From an uncultured Nitrososphaeraceae archaeon (GTDB lineage Archaea; Thermoproteota; Nitrososphaeria; Nitrososphaerales; Nitrososphaeraceae), in assembly GCA_963837175.1 (NCBI GenBank), contig CAWIMJ010000008.1, positions 58,946-122,945 on the forward strand: 64,000 bases of DNA. The letters run 5' to 3'. Below the pieces are notes generated by a model that searched no databases, was not told where the DNA came from, and saw only the letters and a list, made by a program, of their open reading frames with translations. A program made the translations under genes and the position numbers. Shown here in pieces: positions 32,783 through 43,315 of the stretch (positions are counted from its first letter, which is position 1; each line of letters starts with the position of its first letter).

Positions 32783-35416
32783 TTGCAATCGTCGTTGGTA
32801 ATAATTGTGAATACAAAGATAAATTATCCACCAGAAATTCCATTTAAAATTAATAATATGCAATTAGATATTATTAATATTGATTTTAATGATAAACAAA
32901 TTTTCGGTAAAGAATTGATTTCCTTAACAGCACTAGAAGAATTTGATCATTTTGAATTAGATGTTGGAAAAGATATTAAAATTCAATCAATTGTTATTTC
33001 TACGGCAGCAAGCGAAAATGCATTTGAAATAAAGGAGTTTGATTCAGAAATTAAAAATGAAAAGTTGGAAATTTCTTTAAAAAATAAAGTTATTGAAAAT
33101 GAAAATTTTAGTTTATTGATAAAATATTCAGCAAAAGGTTCAGAACCTGGAAAAGGATTTTATTTTGTAGAACATCCAGAATATCAGCAATATGCGTGGA
33201 CGCAAGGAGAGTCTATATTTTCAAAGAATTGGTTTCCATGTATTGATCATCCTAAACTTAAGTATCCTAGGACAGTATCCGTAATAATACCTGAAAATCT
33301 GACTGTCATATCCAACGGTATATTAAGTATAATGGAAGAAAACAGGATTTCTGATGGTAAGAAAAAAATCACATGGGAAGAAATACATCCTAATCCTGCT
33401 TATTTGACATTATTAGCAATCGGTAAATATCAAGAAATTAGCAATAATCAAAAATATAAACACATCCCATTGAGATATTATGTTCCACCAGGACGAAAAA
33501 AAGATGGTGAAAGGACGTGCAGAAGAACTATCGATATGATGCAAATATATGAAGACTATTTTGGTGTAAAATATCCATATAATAAATATAGTCAGGTTTT
33601 TGCGAAAGACCTTGATGAATATCAGATAGACGGGATGGAACATTCAACATGTACAACACTAGATATCGATGATGTTTTAGCAAAGGAAGATACACCTGAA
33701 TACAGAATCAGAGAAGATGTTATTGCACATGAATTATCACATCAGTGGTTTGGTGATTTGGTCACATGTTATGATTGGCAAGATATATGGTTGAACGAAG
33801 GATTTGCGGCTTTTAGTGAAGTATTATTTTATGAGAAAGTTGAAAAAAACCCACTCAAATCGTTGCTTCAATATCAAACTTATGTTTTAGATTTAATGGA
33901 TCGTTATATAGAAAGAACTAAAACTTCCAAATCAAGAAATAAGTTCCGTCCTATTGTGACTAGAGAATATGATGATCCAGAACAGCTATTTGATTATATT
34001 CCATATAAAAAAGGTGGATTTATTATTCATATGTTCAGGATGTTATTAGGCGAAGAGGATTTTAGGGAGGGTCTAAAACTTTATCTAAGTAGGTTCAAAA
34101 ATAGTACTGCAGAAACTGATGATCTGAGACAAATCTTTGAAGAAGTATCGAAAAAAGATCTTCAACAATTTTTTCAACAATGGATTTTTACAGGGGGTCA
34201 TCCTGTATTAGATTTAATTATATCAGGTAATAACAATAAAATCTTTTTATATTTAAATCAAAAACAAGAAGGTGAAATTTTTTCCTTTCCACTAGAAATA
34301 AAATGTGTGTTTACTGATGATACTTATGATGAAAAAAAGGTATATGTTAATCATAGATCTCTAAACTCTGAATTTACCTTTACGAAAAAGATATCATGGA
34401 TATCAGTTGATCCATATAATAAAATATTAAAGGAATATGACGTATATAGAGTTGATCTTCCCCTTATTATTAATCAGCTTATAAATGGTAATACTCTTTT
34501 TGAAAAAGTTGAGGCAGCTAGAATAATCAGAATAAATTATCTGAATAACAAATTAGTTGAATATCCTGAAGAAATAATTCAAGCATTACAAACCAGCATT
34601 CAATCTAATACTCATTGGAAGGTGTCAGTTGAGAGTGTAAGAACCTTAGGATCAATCAGATTTATTGATGAAAAAATGAATATTCAAGTTTTTAATGTCA
34701 TAAAGAATTCACTAAATCAAATATCTGATTCAAGAGTTAGAAATGAAATAAATGAACAACTAATACATTTTGAGAATATCGATCAATTTGAATTTGCAAA
34801 ATCAATTATCGAAGACAAAATCACAACAATTGATGAAAAAAGAATTAATGCAATTAACATAGGTACAAAAACTCATGAAAAAAATATTAAAGAATCTATT
34901 AGTATTTTAAAGAAGCTATTACTAACAAAGTCATACAAAAATTTATTGGCAAGAGGTGCAATTGAAGGATTAAAGAGGATGGCTATAGATTCCAAAGATG
35001 AGAATATAATAAAAGAAATTGAAAAAATTATAGTAGATAGTACCAAATCAAATGATTCAAGATTAAGAAGAGAAGCAACTTCTGCAATGGGTTATTTGGC
35101 TTCAAGTCATGAAGAATCTAAAAATTCAATAATGGAAAATTTAAAACTTCTTTTACATGATAAATCCATATTTGTCCGAAGTACAGCTTGTGCTGCAATA
35201 TGTAATATTTTTCACAGTACAAATGATAAAGAGATTATAAGTCTATTTAATAATATTATTCAATCTGATTCAAATGACGAAGTAAAAATTACTGCTAACG
35301 AATGTATTAACTTTGTTAAAACCCATGAACATATTAGAGAAAAACCACCAGAGATAGACCCAAAATACCTATCAAAAGAAATTGAGGAATTAGAGAACAT
35401 TGAAACCTATAATTAG
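32783..35416 (+). CDS. M1 family aminopeptidase (aminopeptidase N-like) with C-terminal HEAT repeats
   Basis: WFPCID, DGMEH (GxMEN variant), HELSHQWFGD-x-WLNEGFA, YKKGG; HEAT-like C-terminus. Confidence 0.95.
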   Translation: MQSSLVIIVNTKINYPPEIPFKINNMQLDIINIDFNDKQIFGKELISLTALEEFDHFELDVGKDIKIQSIVISTAASENAFEIKEFDSEIKNEKLEISLKNKVIENENFSLLIKYSAKGSEPGKGFYFVEHPEYQQYAWTQGESIFSKNWFPCIDHPKLKYPRTVSVIIPENLTVISNGILSIMEENRISDGKKKITWEEIHPNPAYLTLLAIGKYQEISNNQKYKHIPLRYYVPPGRKKDGERTCRRTIDMMQIYEDYFGVKYPYNKYSQVFAKDLDEYQIDGMEHSTCTTLDIDDVLAKEDTPEYRIREDVIAHELSHQWFGDLVTCYDWQDIWLNEGFAAFSEVLFYEKVEKNPLKSLLQYQTYVLDLMDRYIERTKTSKSRNKFRPIVTREYDDPEQLFDYIPYKKGGFIIHMFRMLLGEEDFREGLKLYLSRFKNSTAETDDLRQIFEEVSKKDLQQFFQQWIFTGGHPVLDLIISGNNNKIFLYLNQKQEGEIFSFPLEIKCVFTDDTYDEKKVYVNHRSLNSEFTFTKKISWISVDPYNKILKEYDVYRVDLPLIINQLINGNTLFEKVEAARIIRINYLNNKLVEYPEEIIQALQTSIQSNTHWKVSVESVRTLGSIRFIDEKMNIQVFNVIKNSLNQISDSRVRNEINEQLIHFENIDQFEFAKSIIEDKITTIDEKRINAINIGTKTHEKNIKESISILKKLLLTKSYKNLLARGAIEGLKRMAIDSKDENIIKEIEKIIVDSTKSNDSRLRREATSAMGYLASSHEESKNSIMENLKLLLHDKSIFVRSTACAAICNIFHSTNDKEIISLFNNIIQSDSNDEVKITANECINFVKTHEHIREKPPEIDPKYLSKEIEELENIETYN

Positions 35417-35550
35417 TTGAGTATTATAGTTATAGGATAATAAAAATGCAAATATTTTGATAACGTTTTCTTATCTATTTTAGTTCTAATAAAAATTATC
35501 TAATCTCATGATTCTCATACTATCATTCAAATATTATAAAATAAACTTTA

Positions 35551-35634
35551 GAAAACCTTTAAAGCTTAGACTGCGTCTATGTTATTAGGAACCTACTTTT
35601 AGCACCGATATCGGCATGGATTCCACCGAACCCG
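35551..35634 (+). repeat. CCACCGAACC-core site, type C
   Basis: About 80 bp similar to 45835-45915, including 29 identical bp TTAGGAACCTACTTTTAGCACCGATATCG. Confidence 0.9.
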
Positions 35635-36033
35635 TAAATTGTACACATTCCCAGTTAAATGATATAATGTAGTATTGTTTAAAGTTCATTGTAGATAGAA
35701 AATAGAGGGTTCCTTTACCATATAGGATATAATCCCATGCAGTCCGTTCATTGAATATAGGAGGAATACCTTAACATTTTCGAATGCAATTTTTAGTTAT
35801 TTATAAGAAAAAAATAATGAACTAATGATCCAATGTTCCTGATTAAGATTTATATAAATCTGGGAGTTTTCGATACTTCATTATTATGCACAAAAATAAT
35901 AAGATTCAACTATTAATTGTAGTATCTGATTGGACTAATAACTATAATAATAATAAAAAACATGGTAATAAAGCAATCAGGGATATTTTACACAAAGAAA
36001 TCATTACTATGTTTACATAACTGTTAACAGATA

Positions 36034-36843
36034 TCAGATAGTATAAGGAGTTATGTTTCTGATGATAAGCCTCTTTAATTCCACGTTCTCTGGACTGCTG
36101 CCGTTGGTTCTAACCCAGACATAGCTCTTATCACCACTACCAAGATATCTCGAAGGATCTATCATGTAGGATAAAGGTGATGGGTCTGATGTTGATCCGA
36201 TGAATGTGAAGTCATTATCACCATCAAACTTTATCCAGCATTCATACTTTGGTTGTGGCGGTGATCCTACATCGGATATTCTGAACCTTACCGTGTATAT
36301 TTTGCCGTTTTGCATTGACTTGCCAGACGGAAAACTATATGAGGCGTTAGGCGGATCAGTATGGACATTATGGTAGTCTTCTCTGGCATATTCTATATTA
36401 TTATCGTTAGGATGTATTGTGCATCCATATCCTCCGAAGCGGTTTGACGTTGGGTCTGGCTCATTATGTCTTGATCGCAACCTGAGCGACAGGTTATCCA
36501 AAGAAGAATTGGGAATATAGGTTATCTCCATCTCAGCGTTGTAATTGTTTACATGAGTGTATATTCTAGCTCTAGCGCCTGATAGTAAAGCTGTTCCATC
36601 TCCTTTAACTTCAAACCTTCTATCTGAAGCTGAGCCTGCAGCCACTTCGGTTGTGGGATCGTCTGGGTCGAATTGGTGAGCTGATGTTATTACTCTGCTG
36701 TTGCCGTTATTCCAGTGGCCGTTTGTATTAGAGTCCCAGAGAACATCACCACTTGGCGGTACTACTCCATCAGGAACGCATTTCTGCTGAGCCTCATCCC
36801 AATGGAATCCTGGATCACAAGGTGGTAGACTTACTCCTTCCAC
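36034..36843 (-). CDS. Hypothetical protein: Cys-pair module plus beta-rich domain
   Basis: PPCDPGFHWDEAQQKCVPD followed by about 240 aa of beta-strand-rich sequence. Confidence 0.8.
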   Translation of the reverse strand: MEGVSLPPCDPGFHWDEAQQKCVPDGVVPPSGDVLWDSNTNGHWNNGNSRVITSAHQFDPDDPTTEVAAGSASDRRFEVKGDGTALLSGARARIYTHVNNYNAEMEITYIPNSSLDNLSLRLRSRHNEPDPTSNRFGGYGCTIHPNDNNIEYAREDYHNVHTDPPNASYSFPSGKSMQNGKIYTVRFRISDVGSPPQPKYECWIKFDGDNDFTFIGSTSDPSPLSYMIDPSRYLGSGDKSYVWVRTNGSSPENVELKRLIIRNITPYTI

Positions 36844-36878
36844 ATATTCATTAATAACATATTATAATATTAACATAA

Positions 36879-37140
36879 TCATGTGGCATTTGCATGCGGC
36901 ATGTAGTTATTATCATCTGTTCCAGTTATGACCAAAGTAGGTTTAGCCAATTTCGCAAGCTCTACACAAGCACCACTCCAGTTTGGATTGTCCTCCCAAT
37001 GCTTTCCTACGTTATTCTGATTATTCGCTATTTCAGAGGACAAGCCAGGCTTCAATTGTTGGAATGTTGTAATGTTTTCTGGAATGTTCTCAACAGATTC
37101 AGGATGCAGTCTAATCCATCCCGATCCTAATGAACCAGAT
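36879..37140 (-). pseudogene. Alpha/beta hydrolase internal fragment
   Basis: GWIRLHPES...WSGACVELAKLAKPTLVITGTDD, similar to the C-terminal half of 48422-49399. Confidence 0.7.
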
Positions 37141-37306
37141 ACAAGTCATTTCATTTCAATGCAAATCTAGATGTGATCAAATGAGAGTGTTTTACGAAGG
37201 TTTCTGTTTTGAAGGTATCAAATGAAAATCAGACGACAATAGATGGTATCAATAAAATGTAAGTCTTATAAAGGTGAATTATTTATAGTTTAGGGAAAAA
37301 ATTAGA

Positions 37307-38399
37307 GTGACAGTCAGTGAAGAAAGAAAGAAGCGGGTTATCGACCTTTACTATAATCAAGGAAAGACCACACGTGAAATAGCAAAGATAGAAAGGATGT
37401 CGATTCGTGATATATCTCCAATCTTAAGAGAGGAGGAATCAAAACGACAGAGGCATAAAGATCAACAGCAGCAAAGAGAGATATCTTCCAATGCCTACGA
37501 CTTATTTTCTAATGGTAAGCGCCCTGTAGAAGTAGCAATCGCACTAAACCTGAGAGAACAGGAGGTAACCAAATTGTTCATGGAATATTGCAAGCTGAAG
37601 CGACTGCATATACTCATTTCCATATACAAGCAGACAAACGGTCAACTAGGGCCGATTTTGAAATATTCAATGAACTAATGACGAAAAGAGATATGAGTAT
37701 AGAAAAAGTGGTGAATGCTGTAGACATTGCTGGCGATAAACTTCCTTATGTGGAAAATCTCTATAAACAAATAAAAGATGAGGTAGAAAAGCTACAACAC
37801 ATAAGACAAGGCTTGCTAAACGATATTGATGCTTTAAAATATAAATTATCAGTATTAGATAAAACAGCATTCTCTTGTGAACAAGATTGCAAGAGAAAAG
37901 AACAACAAGTAGAGGAACTTACTGCTCAAAAGGATAGATTAGAAAAATGGATTGCAAACATTTCAAACAGTGATGATGAGCTAAAGCGCTTAGTGAAAGA
38001 AAATGTTAAAGCTGCCTTATCAGAAAATAAATAAGTAATATCAGTAGCTTTCACAGCACTACTCCAGACTTTGAAAAACGATCCAGAAATGGTTAATTTA
38101 GTTTACAGCAAATCCAGTTCAAGGATGACGAACTACGAAAAGATAATAGCAATAACGTTACGAAGTACCTTGAATCCAATAAGAATAGCCTATCAGATTT
38201 GGCCGAAAAGTATTATGAAAACCTGGTAGAAGCATTGACAAATAATGATATAAACACTGGCCCCGCTTCGTCTAATCTTACATTGTCATTGCCACAATCA
38301 TTATCGCCCACATTCCCAACTCTGTCTGATCAAAATGATACCTACAGAATAGAAGAGCCAGAAACTTTTCATAATAGTGAAGGCGATATTGCTGAGTGA
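37307..38399 (+). pseudogene. HTH + coiled-coil protein of an integrative element (copy 2, disrupted)
   Basis: RVIDLYYNQGKTTREIAKIERMSIRDI...AYDLFSNGKRPVEVAIALNL; split over three ORFs; homologous to 30165-31288. Confidence 0.8.
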
Positions 38400-38833
38400 T
38401 TTATGAGAGCAGGAGTTTCTTCTGCCATATCAGTTGTACAATATCTTATAGTTGTGTTAAATTAAAATAGTTACATTTTCTTTATCCAATCTATCTTTTC
38501 ATGCAAGTACGTATATTTTTGAACCAGTTGCCAATTATGATACTATTACTTGATTTTCAAATTATATATCACGTGCAATATCATACAATCTGCAATATCC
38601 TTAGGGGTCTTTAAAAGCTTCACTTTAAGATTAAGATGAACTGCACTTTTCTTCGTTTAATGATACTGCCCCATCATTTTTTTGTTTCTTTATCTGATAA
38701 ATTCGATTAAGATATTCTGGCTGTAGTATCGTTATAGAAGATGATATTATCGGAGTTATAATGAATACAAAAATGCTTGTTACTGCAATAGCATTAACAG
38801 CAATACTGAGAGTTGATAGCAGTATACTCATTC

Positions 38834-39046
38834 TTACATAGAAGATAATTGTCCACGGATCTCTCCATTAGGATTTGCTTCTGTATGGACGTTAACATAC
38901 GCCTCTCCATTATTTATCAGCAAGTAGCCTTGAGTTTCGCCTTTTTCAAATTGCCATGCAAATAACGAAGAATAAAAATTCAAGTTTTCTACATTGTCTG
39001 CTGGAATTTCAAAGAATTCTACTTTATGATTTGCGGTAGATGACAT
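38834..39046 (-). pseudogene. Chimeric ORF: VOC/glyoxalase N-terminus joined to CHRD C-terminus
   Basis: VEFFEIPADN...FYSSLFAWQF then INNGEAYVNVHTEANPNGEIRGQL. Confidence 0.7.
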
Positions 39047-39102
39047 TTGCTTTTTTCACATCTCCTTATATGCTTCTAATTTTTTCTCTCTCATCCTATT
39101 AA

Positions 39103-39570
39103 TTAGACGCTACCTGATTCTAGTTTTTGCTTCACTGTTTGAGCAGCCTGCTCTAATCCTTTTCTTATTTTATTGTCTGCTTGACTACCAGAAAGCATAT
39201 TTGCAACTTTTCCAGTTGTCGGTAATTCATAGTCAATTGAATGCCTAATATGTGTACTATTTCCATTTCCTTGGAATTCCTGAATACTTTCCCATTTCTT
39301 AAATGGCCCCTCTGTTTGTCTGGTAACCACTGTTCTATTCTGTTCTTTAGATTTTACTTCTAATATCATTTCTTCTTCTTTACCCATGTATTGACCTTTT
39401 ACTTTCATTTCAGAGCCTTCTTCACTTTTTGATCCTGACAGTGATTCTGATTCTTTGACTATATCACGTGGCCATGCTTCTTTGATATTATCTGGATTAG
39501 TATAATATTCAAATACTTTTTCAACTGGTGCATTTATTTCTGTTTCATATTTAACGTTTGCCATAAACAC
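39103..39570 (-). CDS. SRPBCC (polyketide cyclase/dehydrase-like) protein
   Basis: EINAPVEKVFEYYTNPDNIKEAWP...QTEGPFKKW. Confidence 0.85.
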   Translation of the reverse strand: MFMANVKYETEINAPVEKVFEYYTNPDNIKEAWPRDIVKESESLSGSKSEEGSEMKVKGQYMGKEEEMILEVKSKEQNRTVVTRQTEGPFKKWESIQEFQGNGNSTHIRHSIDYELPTTGKVANMLSGSQADNKIRKGLEQAAQTVKQKLESGSV

Positions 39571-39717
39571 TCAGTAGATTACATCAGTATTAAATGACTG
39601 TAGACTATACTTTATAAATTATATAAGAATTACACATTATGACAGAGTTACCGCCTGGATGTAATTTATCTATATATACGTAGTTCAATCTATTTTTCTC
39701 TCTATATAGAGTACATT

Positions 39718-39770
39718 TTCTGGGTGGCATTTCTGAGTCAAATCTGTCCCACATTCCACCGAACCCGCTA
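39718..39770 (+). repeat. CCACCGAACC-core site, type A'
   Basis: Paralog of 27926-27978. Confidence 0.9.
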
Positions 39771-40022
39771 ATCACACAGGTTCGTATATTGTGTATGGAA
39801 ACTATATAGCAATTATTGTTGTTAACACCATTAATAAGAAATGATGTGACAAATACAAATTAAATTAATAACCACAATATTGGATAGATTCCTTATCACA
39901 AGCCAAATTTTTCAATAGTATAAAAATCTTTTAATTTGTGTATATTAAAATCATGTGTCATTATTTTGTGTCCTATTACGCTGTATTATTATGTATTTTG
40001 AAAACTTTATAGATAAAGCAGA

Positions 40023-41726
40023 TTAATATTTATCCAATGTTTCTTGATTACTTTTTCCTTTACGTTTTTTATTCATTCTATCAAATACTAATGCAGAAAA
40101 GCCAGCAGCAAAAGCTCCACCAATGAGACTTATTGGATCTCCAAATACGTCCCAGAAATTTTTAAATTGTTCTAGAATACTTAATGGTTCTAATACTTTA
40201 ACCGTAAGATTTGCAGATGCTATCTTATATCCAAGAGTAGGTAATAACACATCTGTATAATTAAGCTTCAAAAACCTAGAAGGTTGAACAAACTTCTCCG
40301 ATATGTTTGCTATAATGGGTATCGTGTATTCTCCTATCAGTGCTTTATCAGAAACTTTAATATCGAAAGGTGCCAAATTCTCACTTCCATAATAAGATAT
40401 ATTCCGATTCTCAGGATTAAATGTTATAACAACATTAGGATTTTGGGAAGGAGAGAATTCAGTGACATTAGCTATTAATCCAGAAGTTGTACGTAGCTGT
40501 AAACCAATCATCGTTTCAGTGCCTTTCCTGAGGGAAAGAGGATTTGGAGAAGTGGAGATATAATAGGAGGAGGTTGATTGTATACCAGTCCAGCCGGTAA
40601 GATCTATAGTCATATGTGAATATGGTTTACCGTAAATTACTTCTGCATAGGATAAAACTTCATACTTATCTTCTAAAGTAATGGTGTCTAAATCTAATGA
40701 TAACAAAGCATATTGGTCGTTCGAAGACATGGGATCAAACAAATTCTCTTCTTTAAAGTTTTCATCTATTTCCAAAACCTTTTGATGACCTTCTGAAGAA
40801 TATTCCGTAAGGAATTTAGTCCAGGTTTCAGTATCATTATTCCACTGTATTTCTAATTGATAATCAATGCCATCAACACCCGTTTTCTCATTTGCATCAG
40901 CATTAATTAAAATTCCATAAAGCAGTATTGAAGCGTCAGAATTAAGCCAAGGTGTAGAAGGTACCTCTGTACCTAACCATAATGTAGCTGATAAAACTTT
41001 ACGATCAGTTAAATACCTTACACTTTCTATATCTACGGATTTATCAAGCGGAAATTCCGTACCTTGTTTTATGTTTGAATAGTTTCTTAAATTTATTTGA
41101 ATTCCGTCTTGATTGGGATCTTCGATCTCCTGACTACTAGAAGTGGACGTAAGTGGAGTGCCCTGATCTAATTCCCTCGATAAGGATTTAACGTGAACAG
41201 GCCCAACTGTATCGGTATAACTTATCTGTCTTCCTTGGTTATCGATAAAGATATCTGTTACAAAGAACTCCAGTCCATATACAGTTGGATAATTCAACAT
41301 ACTAAGATCCAAAGATAATGGAATAGAATTTCCAAAAGACTCAAGGGGATCTTTAGGATAATTTTCATAAACTAAATTTCTAATTCTTCCAGCAGTTGTA
41401 AATTCATCAACCTCTTTACTCCAATTACCATTGTTCAAGTTTAATTGTACTACATACTCAAATCCTCTATTTGGCAAATAATTAAATCCTGTACTTCTAT
41501 TATTGTCTACATCAATAAGAATTCCGAAAAGTATAGTATGATCTGAAGAGTGATTTTGAATCCATCTTTTAGTTAGCCAAAGTGTTGAATTTAGTGTATT
41601 TCCGTCACTAAAATAAGTCGCTGAATGAAGATCGACTAATTCTTTTGTATGGTTAAGGCTTAAACTATGCCTAGGATAGCTTTCATCATTGTTAACAAGA
41701 ATGGTGTCATGGTATTGACTATCCAT
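40023..41726 (-). CDS. Surface-type protein with duplicated domain and C-terminal membrane anchor; signal peptide region interrupted
   Basis: Two copies of (L)xxTLWL...GILI(D/N)xDxNxxTG...YxxxxxxNN; C-terminal TM followed by KKRK. Confidence 0.8.
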   Translation of the reverse strand: MDSQYHDTILVNNDESYPRHSLSLNHTKELVDLHSATYFSDGNTLNSTLWLTKRWIQNHSSDHTILFGILIDVDNNRSTGFNYLPNRGFEYVVQLNLNNGNWSKEVDEFTTAGRIRNLVYENYPKDPLESFGNSIPLSLDLSMLNYPTVYGLEFFVTDIFIDNQGRQISYTDTVGPVHVKSLSRELDQGTPLTSTSSSQEIEDPNQDGIQINLRNYSNIKQGTEFPLDKSVDIESVRYLTDRKVLSATLWLGTEVPSTPWLNSDASILLYGILINADANEKTGVDGIDYQLEIQWNNDTETWTKFLTEYSSEGHQKVLEIDENFKEENLFDPMSSNDQYALLSLDLDTITLEDKYEVLSYAEVIYGKPYSHMTIDLTGWTGIQSTSSYYISTSPNPLSLRKGTETMIGLQLRTTSGLIANVTEFSPSQNPNVVITFNPENRNISYYGSENLAPFDIKVSDKALIGEYTIPIIANISEKFVQPSRFLKLNYTDVLLPTLGYKIASANLTVKVLEPLSILEQFKNFWDVFGDPISLIGGAFAAGFSALVFDRMNKKRKGKSNQETLDKY

Positions 41727-42329
41727 TATTTCCTGCCGAACAAATCAAGGTGAGTTAGCAATTACTTCTGATACACTAAAGTCATTGGATAATATTATTA
41801 TGGAAAATATCAGAATGGAAGAAAGTAAAACAAATGATGATGTTATGATATTACCTTTAGTTTAAGAGAGATACATAATCTTTCCTATATTTCTATAACA
41901 TAAAATTCGGGCTAACTATTTGATATAATTATGGATTCTTTATTTGAGTTAAATTCTGTCATTTTACATTCTATCGCATATAGATCAGTCCTGTCTTGCA
42001 TCCAATGGGATTATATTAAATTTATCACACTTGCTCAAGACGAAGGTTGTGCCTTAATTGCTGAAGAATTGGAAGATGAAAGATATAGATGATTTTTTAC
42101 TACTACTTGGAATCTTGCAAATAGATGCATGGGAGTTCTAAAGAGTTTGCTACCTATTCAGGAAGTGGATATTTGATATATTATGCTCTCCGTAGAAGGA
42201 AAAGATCAAATCTGCTCTTGATGATGACATGACAACAAACCAGTTAATCAATTCCAACAACATGCTTTTAACTAGCCCAGAAAATATTTATTGTATAAGT
42301 AGATTACGTAGAGATAAAATGTTGCTGTT

Positions 42330-42779
42330 ATGGTCTCTGAAGATATGATAATGGAATGCTTAACAAATAGCAAAATACCTATACGGTTAGCTTGTATGTC
42401 TATCTCGGATTGGCCTATAGTTGTTTCATTATGGTTTGCATATCTGAATGACAAGGTTTATTGTGCCACACAAAATACAGCTAAGGTAGTCAAATATTTG
42501 AGGAAAAATCCAAAATGTGGCTTCGAAATTGCAGGAGATTCTTTTCCCTATCGAGGCGTCAGAGGTTATGGTAAAGCATCAATAGTAGAAAATAAAGGTG
42601 AAGAAATTCTACGTATGCTGATACAAAAATACTTGACGGGAAAAGAGACAACAATATCATCATTAAAATTATATAAACTACTACTATCTAAAGAGCATCT
42701 GCAAAATGAGGTTGCAATAGAAATTATACCAGCCGCTATTTTTAAGTGGGATTATAAGAAGCGCATGATAAATATCTAG
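42330..42779 (+). CDS. Pyridoxamine 5'-phosphate oxidase-like split-barrel protein
   Basis: RLAC...PIVVSLWF...AKVVKYLRKNPKCGFEI...PYRGVRGYG. Confidence 0.85.
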   Translation: MVSEDMIMECLTNSKIPIRLACMSISDWPIVVSLWFAYLNDKVYCATQNTAKVVKYLRKNPKCGFEIAGDSFPYRGVRGYGKASIVENKGEEILRMLIQKYLTGKETTISSLKLYKLLLSKEHLQNEVAIEIIPAAIFKWDYKKRMINI

Positions 42780-43061
42780 TATCATCATTATGACGGGTTC
42801 AAATCATTCCCATATACACCAAAGCAAGATGCATAATTTGCGCGCTACATATAATTTCAATTTTGAATAATATGAAATATCATAAAATAAGGTAGAGTTA
42901 GTTATCTAATTTTAATCAATGTCATAAAAATATTCAATCCCCTTATTATCACATGGTAACTAAATCAAAGAAGAGGATGACAATTGATATTAAATTTTGT
43001 TCTGCTGTTTAATTAAATGTTAGAATCCAATCTAAGAACCGATATCTTGACTGAGAGAGCC

Positions 43062-43235
43062 GTGGATCATCCTAATCTTGACTTTTTATTTTAACCTACA
43101 CTATAATATTATAGTAGGAAAGAACATTTGTCTACTATAACTAAAGAACAACAACAATTACAAGAGCATGAGCCGATGCAATGACTGTCTTCATGTACGC
43201 TCTAAAGACTCGAAACAAGAAGACAATGCCGTAAA
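43062..43235 (+). pseudogene. Degenerate integrase leader and 5' remnant
   Basis: Similar to 28733-28885: TTG start, EQQQ..., MTVFMYALK..ETRRQ. Confidence 0.75.
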
Positions 43236-43315
43236 GGATGGCCTGCTGTAATGGAGGATATTAATATTAATAGCCTTCTCACAGAAGTAATTATTCTCTA
43301 ATAGAAGGACAAAAG

